Positions 55,831 through 64,000 of a stretch of 64,000 nucleotides of DNA are shown here, piece after piece. Numbering within the stretch: the first letter of the stretch is position 1; each line of letters starts with the position of its first letter. Made by a program: the position numbers and the translations under genes. Origin of the DNA: the human T2T-CHM13v2.0 reference genome, Homo sapiens; assembly GCF_009914755.1 (NCBI RefSeq), contig NC_060933.1, one strand, 5' to 3'. A model generated the notes under the pieces. The model was not told the origin of the DNA and ran no database searches. It saw only the letters and a list, made by a program, of their open reading frames with translations.

Positions 55831-56334
55831 CCACATCTCAGGCACAATGTGAGTTACTGAAAGTCTTTTACTGGAGCAATAAGGTTGGGCTCTCGAGTTG
55901 CAATTTAAAGTAGCACTTTGTTGATAGTCTGAGAGGCTGGAGGCAGGGAAACCAACCAAGCAAACGGGAAGAGATGAAGAGGTCTGGATCAGGACTGTGG
56001 CCGGGGTGGGTGTGGGGGTGGGGGCACTAGAGGGGAGAACCTGGAGGAGGTACCTCAGGCTCCCCACCCCAACAGCCCTGGGTGTCTGTTTCTGATTTAT
56101 GGTCTTCCCATCTCCAGGCACCACATTTAGTTAAATAACCCTGTAGTGACTCTGGAGGGTGCTGTACCCCTTGCAGCTCTTAGGGCAGGTCCCTGGTGAG
56201 GAATAATGGTAATATTCTCTCCATGGCTAAGAGTCTTTCTGTGGGGTTGCCCCAATAAGCTCTCCCTCTAGCCCAGCTTTATAAATTTATGAGGTTGATT
56301 TGATTTGCTGTTGTTGATCATTTTTCCTTTTTGA

Positions 56335-57075
56335 ACTTTTTTTAAGTAAATTTTTTAAGTTGACAGATAATATTTTTTAAATCATGTACTACATAAGCTT
56401 TGAACTGTGTGTAAGTGTGTGTATATATATATATATATATATGTAGTGGTGGAATGGTTAAATTTAGCTAATTAACAAATACATTACCTCATATAGTTAT
56501 CATTTTTATGGTGAGATCATATAACAGCCACTCTCTACATTTTCCAAGAATACAATGTATTATTAACTATAGTCACCTTTTTGTACAATAGGTCTCTTGA
56601 AATTTATTCCTAACTATAATTATGTAACCTTCGACCAACATCTCCCCATCCCCTCCTCCCTCGTAACCACCTCAGCCTCTGGTAACCACCATTCTATTCG
56701 CTTCTTCTATGAGATCAACTTTTTTAGATTCCACATATGAATGAGATCATTGGTTTTCTATGCCTGTCTTATTTCATGTAATATAATCTCCTTCAGGTTC
56801 ATCCAAATTGTCTCCAATGACAGGATTTCATTCCTTTTTATGGCTGAATAGTATTCCATTGTGTATATATACTACATTTTCTATATCCATTCATCCATTG
56901 ATGAACACTTAGTTTGCTTCCATATCTTGGCCATTGTGAATTCTTCTGCAATAAACATAGGAGTGCAGATATCTTTTCAACACACTGATTTTACTTTCTT
57001 TGGGTATTTACCCAGTAGTGGGATTGCTGGATCATATGGTAGGAACCTCTGTGCTGTTTTTGATAATGACTGTAT
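56335..57075 (-). mobile_element. L1MA-type 3' end
   Basis: TTAACTATAGTCACC..TGTACAATAG, TTTTTAGATTCCACATATGAATGAGATCA, TTTTTATGGCTGAATAGTATTCCATTGTG. Confidence 0.9.
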
Positions 57076-57125
57076 CTTTCTGAACTCTCTAATGTTCTTT
57101 CCTTTGATTTCTACTCAAGAGTCTT

Positions 57126-57428
57126 ATTTTTTATTTTTACTTTTTTTGAGACAGAGTGTTGCTTTTTCACCCAGGCTGGAGTGCAGAGGCGTGATCTCGG
57201 CTCACTGCAATCTCCACCTCCTGGGTTCAAGGGATTCTTGTGTCTCAGCCTCCTGAATAGCTGGGATTACAGGCATGCACTAACATGCCCAGCTAATTTT
57301 TGTATTTTTAGTAGAGATGGGGTTTTGCCATGTTGGCCAGGCTGGTCTCGAACTCCTGACCTCAGGTGATTGCGCGCCTCAGCCTCTCAAAGTGCTGGGG
57401 TTACAGGCATGAGTTGCCGTACCCAGCC
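57126..57428 (-). mobile_element. AluS
   Basis: Full dimer; perfect TSD TACTCAAGAGTCTT. Confidence 0.95.
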
Positions 57429-57766
57429 TACTCAAGAGTCTTCATCCTTTTCTATTACCTATATGCTTACATATTTTTTCTGTTTGATTCATAACAATTG
57501 CCCTCTTCATTCCATTTTAGTCCATTCCATCCCAGAATTTCCTTCCCTCTGTACCTTTATTGAAGCAGCTTTATATGTTGAAAAGAGCCAGAAACCTAGA
57601 ATCTGGAAAACTGAATGTCCACTGACAATTTGATAATTAGCTTCAGCCTTTATCTTATTGTCAGTAAAATGGGGGTAATTTACCTTGGAGAGTTGGTGTG
57701 AAGGTTAAGTGAGAAGATGTTTGTAAAAGGGCTCTGTAAACCCTATGGTATTATATAAAATGGTAG

Positions 57767-57925
<159 letters not shown>

Positions 57926-58240
57926 TAAATGGTCATTGACCTAATTTCATTTTATTGTTCATATTTTCTTCACCTTCTGTAACCCCCTTCTACTCTGCTC
58001 TTGCTGATAGCTTCTCTTCGGTTCTGCAGTAATTCTCAATAACAGGAATTGCTAAAGTGCAGTACGCTTCCCTGGATATTAGGTAGGGCCTGATTTAAAT
58101 GGTCTGGCCAAAGAGACTCAATTGGCACTTCCTCTTCCCTACACAAAGTGGGATTTTCCCTTCTAAGGTGATGAGAATACTCTTTCTTCAGGTTTCAATT
58201 TGTAGCAATACTCTCTTTTAAAAAAGTAGTTATAGCAGTA

Positions 58241-58792
58241 CAGTAGATGCTTGTATAAGGTTGTTTTATTCAACATCATTTTGTTATAATGATTGAAAAT
58301 AACCTCGATTTTTGGCTGGGGTCACTCTCTGTGTGGAGCTTTCGCGTTCTCTCCATGACTACGTGGGTTTTCTGTGGGTACTCTGGTCTCTTCACACATA
58401 CTAAAGATGTGCATGTCAGATGAATTGGTGTGTCAGTGTGAGTGTTGGGTGTGTGCATGAGTGTGGGATGGTCTTCTGTCCAGGGCTAGTTCCTGAGCTG
58501 GCCACCTGTGATTGTGAGTTGCCGTCAGTGGGTATATAATTACCTTACTAGTTTTTAATAACCTTTCTTAAATGTATGTACAACTCACATTTATTTCAGT
58601 GTTTAACATTAGAAGTGTTCTGGGTTGTTATTTAGAAGTTTGGTGATGTTTTTGTGACCAGCAATATGCCATGAAAACTTAACTCTGGTTTCTATCAATT
58701 AGCCTATAATAAAATTGGTTTCATTATACATCGTTTTACTTAACATTGCAATTTCTAAGAACCTATTGACAATGTTAATTGAAGACTTACTG
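58241..58792 (+). mobile_element. MER6A-like TcMar-Tigger element
   Basis: TA TSD on both sides, CAGTAG...CTTACTG termini, internal TGTGTGGAGCTTTCGCGTTCTCTCCATG..GTGGGTTTTCTGTGGGTACTCTGG. Confidence 0.85.
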
Positions 58793-58939
58793 TACTTTAT
58801 TTTTAAGAAAGTAAATTGTCAGTCACATTAGGGGATTGTTTAATGACTTGGTAATTGTGTTGGCCAAAAATATTTGAGATCAAAATTAGTAAACTCACTA
58901 GGAGGTGAAACATCTTTAAGTTTGCAAGCTGGGTTTGAA

Positions 58940-59072
58940 TAGTGTTTTCCAAATTTGCTTGATCTTAAGAATAACAGGGAGCACTTATGAAAATACAGAT
59001 TTCTTGCTCCCAATTAGAACGAACAAATCTTCCCCAGTGAATGATTCTTATCAGGCAACATTGGAAAGCACG
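58940..59072. mobile_element. MER5-family MITE fragment
   Basis: AGTGTTTTCCAAATTTGCTTGATCTTAAGAAT...AAAATACAGATT...TGATTCTTATCAGGCAA. Confidence 0.6.
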
Positions 59073-59509
59073 GATTTTGTACATTTGTGAGATATTTTTG
59101 GTACCTGTATTAGGATTCCTTCCTTAACCCCAAATAACAGTAGATTTTAAACGTGAACACATTCAACATATATATTAACAAATCCAGTGTTTGCAATTTT
59201 TTTTGCACATCCACTCACAGAAAGCAAAAGCAAAACACTTTCCTCTGTAGGTCAATTTAAGACATTTAGAATATTGGGTTATGAGTTAATTCAGTCTCTA
59301 TAGTCTTCCTGTTTATTCTTAACCTAGAAAAAGAAAGATGAACTCCTTTGCTTTTTTAATTCCCCAAAAGAATTTGCTCAAAGAGATATTTTCTCATATC
59401 TACAAAAGAAACCATGACTATTAGAAGTTGGATTATCATTTCAATAGTTTCTGACATTAAGGGATTCTCAACCTATTCCAGTAAGGCTGATTTTTAAGAT
59501 TCAGATGGA

Positions 59510-60340
59510 AAAACAGGCACTATGCTGGGTGATTTCTCGTATATAATCTCATTTAATCTTCATAGCAATTTAGGGAGCTGGTGTTTTAGATGTTAACAAT
59601 GACTGGGCACTGGTCATTAATTTAGTGGGGCATTATTATCACCGTTTTGCAGGTAATCAAATAAAGGCTCTGAGAGTTTGGGGAATTTGCCTCAATATGT
59701 TGCTATTAAATGCTGTGGTTTTCTTAAAAACCTCATTAACAAGAATCACTCTTACACCTGACATGGATTGCTGTTGGATCTGCATAGTTGACTTTGGGTA
59801 TGCTTTTTTTCAGAGATTAATGATTAACTTTAGTATGGAGAACAACAGCAAGAATATTGGTAACATGCAGAAACACTTTTGCTTTAATAGAAAGAGAAAG
59901 GGGTTTTATAGTCAGGAAAACTACTTAGGAGCTATGTGAGTTGAGCAAGTTACTGAACTTTTTTCAAACTCAGTCTCTGAAAAATGAAGACAATAGTGCC
60001 CAATTCACTCCTCAGAGAAGATTATGAGAAGTGAATGAAACAAAGAATTTAAAGGGTCTAAGAGTGTCTACCACATGGTTAGTACTTATAAAGTTTCCTT
60101 CTGTCTTTCTTTTCCCTTCTGGTCACAACTGGAATAACTGCCTGTCATTTTACATTTTCTCAAGCTTTCTGCTAATGCTTTCCTAGCTGCAGTAGGATTC
60201 TGAATAATAATCTTTACATATATACATAATAACTGACATTTATTGAGTGTTTTACATGCATTATCTCCTTGAGTTCTCCCCACAACTTTATGAGAAAGAT
60301 ATTACTATCATTTTTAGCTTACAGAGGGGGCAGCATTGTA
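59510..60340. mobile_element. Cluster of MIR fragments (both orientations)
   Basis: CAGGCACTATGCTGGG..ATCTCATTTAATCTTCA; GAGCAAGTTACTGAACTT..CTCAGT; ACATTTATTGAGTGTTTTACATG. Confidence 0.65.
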
Positions 60341-60589
60341 AATCCGTGAACCCGAAGTAGCATTCTGTGGGAGCACACAGCAGGGGCTTCTAACTGGGTT
60401 GGCAGAATCAGAAAGACTAGAGGAAATGAGTTCTAAGCTCAGTCCAGAAGGCTGAGCAGCAATCAGCCATTCAACCCTCCTAGTTTAAACCCACAGCACA
60501 CTTTTTAAGAGCAAGATGTAAACTTAGGTTATGCTCCTGAGATGTTAGCATTGTTTATTTCCACAGTGCAAGCACAACATACCCTGTGG

Positions 60590-61410
60590 TCCAACAGCCA
60601 CCATCCCTGACATTCTCTGATTCCTTATTCTGCTCTATTGTTCTTCTTAGCACCTAACACTATTTAATATTAAATTACATATTAATTCACACATTTGCCT
60701 GTTATCTATTTTCCTCCAATAAACTCCATCAGGGTGAAGATCCCATGGAGTCTTTGTTTTGTCCACTGCGGTATCCCTTTCATCTAGTATAGTGGTTGGC
60801 ACACAGCAGGTGCTCAATAAACAATTTTGAATGAATAAACGATCTACACCTGTCATACATTTAACACATAGCCTAAGATGTTTCTATTTACATTTAACTA
60901 ACAAATACTTCTTGTGCATACCTACTGTGTGCTGAATAGACCAGGGAATTTCACAGTAAATTATATGTCTACCTCCCCTGTGATAAAATCCTGAAGGACA
61001 GAGACTTATCTTTTGTGTTTCTGTCCCAGTCCCTGCACATAGCAGACATCCAGTAATGTTTGTTGAGTAAAGGAATGATTTGCAAGCCTGTGAGGAAGGC
61101 ATTATTAGCATCTGTAAAGAAGCAAATGAACTGAAATGATGTTCCTGAGTTTACACTACCAGTAAGAGACCAGGCTCAACTCTTGCCACTGCATCACACT
61201 AAAACATGTGTTCTTGCAAGAAGACATTATTCTCTTCAGTTTTCATTCCAGTATAGCCTATGAGTTATTATGGACACCCATTAGACTGTAAGTCCTTTGA
61301 GGGCAGGGCCATGTCTGGTTCTTTTATCTCAGTATCACTGGTACCTACAAAATGTCTGGCTAATAGTGATAGGAACTTAATACCTGTATGGAAACAATGA
61401 ACAAGTTCAT
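60590..61410 (+). mobile_element. L2 3'-end fragments
   Basis: TAAACTCCATCAGGG...TGGCACACAGCAGGTGCTCAATAAACAATTTTGAATGAAT; TAGACTGTAAGTCCTTTGAGGGCAGGG. Confidence 0.75.
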
Positions 61411-61809
61411 TTTAGAATACATTTCCTTGTAAATGTGTCTGTTTCTTTATGACAAACTTTCTTGAGTATTTTACCTTTTAAGATGTACCTGACTGGAAGA
61501 CATGTACCTGTTCTAAAGACTGTGCCAGAGTGTGGGGGGCTTGTCCGGTTCACTTGAAAAGCTCACTTGAACTTCCTTCCTCCTTTCTTCTCTCTTTTGG
61601 GCTTTGCAAGTTCAGCACTCAGGGGATGCCCATGTCACAGGTACCTTGCCAGCAATAATGGCACATTGTCCCCAGCTGGGTGATAGGCCTTTAAATTTAG
61701 GTTCTTTGGGTATGAGGGTCAGGTTGCCACACTCACCCACAGTGATAACTGAGAGAAAAACTAGCTTGCTTTTCTCTCACTATAGTTTTGGTCAGGAAAC
61801 AAAGTGTAT

Positions 61810-62020
61810 GAAACTTGCAAACTCTGGAGTCAGACTGCCTAGTTTCAAATCCCAGCTCCAGCACCTACTTGCTGTGTAATCTTGGTTCAGTCACAAGACT
61901 TCTCTGTTCCTCAGTGTTCTCATCTGCAAAATGGGCATAATAATTATATCTGCATAATTAGTGTGTGTATCTCACACGGACCTGTGCAAGCACGTAGTCA
62001 ACACTAAATAAATGTTATTA
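61810..62020 (+). mobile_element. MIR
   Basis: CTCTGGAGTCAGACTGCCTAGTTTCAAATCCCAGCTCC...CTCAGTGTTCTCATCTGCAAAATGGG. Confidence 0.88.
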
Positions 62021-62034
62021 TAACTAAACACATT

Positions 62035-62520
62035 TCTATTATTTATTTAAACAAATTTTGCTAGTGCCCATTAGGACTCAGGACTTTGTTCAGTGCTGGA
62101 GATACAGTAATGAATAAGACACAGTTCCTGCCCTCAAATTGCTTGCAATCTTAAGTGGGTAGAAAGATAAGAAAATGGGTAGTTATTGTACAGTGGATGA
62201 GTGCTGGGAGAATAGAAGTTGGGGATGTCTTGGAAGCACATGCAGTGGCTTCTAACGTGGTTGGTGGAGCCAGGAAAGACTGGAGGAAATGATTCCAGGT
62301 GAGTCCAGATGGCCAAACAGGAAACAAACATTCAAAGTGTTGTGGTGTGGGGTAGGTCAAGGGCATTCCAGGTAAAGGACTAGTCTGTACAAAGGCTATT
62401 TGGAGGCTAAAGGGAATATGTGGCCTTTGGGAGAGTGTACATGGTTCAATATGGCTGGAATTTGGCTTTCTGTGGATGATATGGCCTGAGGTGGGGAGTC
62501 AGGGCCTGGAGGGGGTCCTA
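62035..62520 (-). mobile_element. L2 fragment
   Basis: GTGCTGGAGATACAGTAATGAATAAGACACAGTTCCTGCCCTCA...GGGCATTCCAGGTAAAGG. Confidence 0.75.
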
Positions 62521-62526
62521 CAGGCT

Positions 62527-62675
62527 AGTGTTTTCAAAAATTTAATGTGCTGTCAAACCATCTGGAAATTTTGGCAGAATGCAGATTCTGATTGAGTCAG
62601 TGGTAAGCTCTCAGATTTTGCATGTCTAACAAGCTTCTAAGGGCTGCTGCTACTGAATCACTTTGAATAGCAAGG
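62527..62675. mobile_element. MER5-family MITE
   Basis: AGTGTTTTCAAA...AATGCAGATTCTGATT...TGCATGTCTAACAAGCT...CACTTTGAATAGCAAGG. Confidence 0.75.
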
Positions 62676-63151
62676 GAGTCAATATTATGAAGGACTTGAT
62701 TGTATTCTGCAAAAAAACGAAGGGTTTGAGTTTCTCTACAGATGAATGCCTCCTCATCCACTAAGATAAAACTTACTGTAGTTTTTATGTTTCTATGTTA
62801 GATTGGCTTATTGGAATGTTTCTCAGAGAATGTCGAGGAGACCTTCTGCATCGTAATCACTGGGGGATGCTGATTAAAACAGCAGTCTCTCCTTGTTTAT
62901 GGCAGATGACAAGTGCTGACTGGTAAGTTGAAGGGAATGCTGGAGATAGAACAGCGACGTTTTGCAACCATCATAGTAAAGACTGGTTTGGGTCAGACAT
63001 ATCAATAGTTGCTAAATTTAGGGGAATTTTGATTAAGATCAGGACATTTGCTTGAACTTGTATTGTTACTACATTTTAATAAATGGTATATTAGAAGCAA
63101 GGAAAAATATAGTTTCTATACAGTGGAGAGTGTGGACAATACCTTGACAGT

Positions 63152-63461
63152 GTTTTTTGTTTTGTTTTGTTTTGTTATGTTTTGAGACAGAGTCTCGCTC
63201 CTTCACCAGGCTGGGATGCAGTGGCGCCATCTCGGCTCACTACAACCTCCCACCCGGGTTCAAGTGATTCTCCTGCCTCAGCCTCCTGAGTAGCTGGGAC
63301 TACAGGCATGTGTCACCATGCCCAGCTAATTTTTTGTATTTTTAATAGAGATGGGGTTTCACCATGTTGGCCAGGATGGTCTCAATCTCTTGACCTCATT
63401 ATCCACCCACCTCAGCCTCCCAAAGTGCTGGGATTGCAGGTGTGAGCCACCGCACCTGGCC
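63152..63461 (-). mobile_element. AluSc-like
   Basis: CACCAGGCTGG, CCAGGATGGTCTCAATCTCTTGACCTC; (TTTTG)n tail. Confidence 0.92.
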
Positions 63462-63602
63462 AATGGTGTTTATATTTAACATCATCAATGAGGGGCAGAC
63501 AGACCGTGCAGGCCTTGAGACATGATACTTTGAGATGGTCACACATCATATGGTATCACAGCTGGAAATGCATAATCTGGATCTACTCATGAAAAACATC
63601 AG

Positions 63603-64000
63603 TGTATAATAAAGAATTTGACCTTGTACCCTCAGCTTCTGGGAAGTAACCTGTGTTGTATCTGTTGCAGCGTTTTTGTTCAGGATGGAAGCTGGCCACG
63701 CCTGCAGTCTTAAGGTAGGGCTGGCCATACCAGAAAGACCAACCATGTGAATATGGCAAGGGCTTTGGGTCATATGATATTGGTAGACCTAGAGACTGAG
63801 TCCAACCCTGGGGCAATTAATCAATCAATCATGTCTATGTGATGGAGCCCCTAAGAAAACTGAGCACTGAGGCTTGAGTGAGCTTTTCTCACTAACACTT
63901 GTGTGTATTGTCACACACAAATATCTGGAGGGTAATGCATACTAACTCCATGGAGAGGAAAACAGAAACTTCACATTTGGAACCCTCCAAGACTTTGCTC
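63603..64000 (+). mobile_element. ERVL LTR of the MER21/MER68/MER77 group (runs off window)
   Basis: TGTATAATAAAGAATTTG...GGGCTGGCCATACCAGAAAGACCAACCATGTGA...AATCAATCAATCATG...TTTGGAACCCTCC. Confidence 0.75.

Overview
Primate (human or great-ape-like) intergenic or intronic DNA, dominated by repeats, with no intact protein-coding gene that I can support. Bases 1-11,900 are a SATR1/SATR2-type satellite array. Its ~75-bp monomers each carry a ~36-bp palindrome, and the array is organised into inverted blocks, AT-rich spacers and a ~5.3-kb higher-order duplication; one copy contains a young 5'-truncated L1PA2/3. The rest is a mosaic of old L1M/L1PB/L2/MIR/Alu/LTR/DNA-transposon fossils, a full-length, TSD-flanked processed pseudogene of the ADP/ATP carrier ANT3 (SLC25A6), a strong candidate CTCF site with upstream motif, and a ~680-bp polypurine tract. 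Nearly all listed ORFs are repeat-derived artefacts. I found no convincing new biological system. The most unusual structure is the self-inverting, hairpin-based satellite architecture and its microhomology junction with a truncated L1. Subfamily calls come from recalled consensus features, not from alignments, and ancient-repeat boundaries are approximate.
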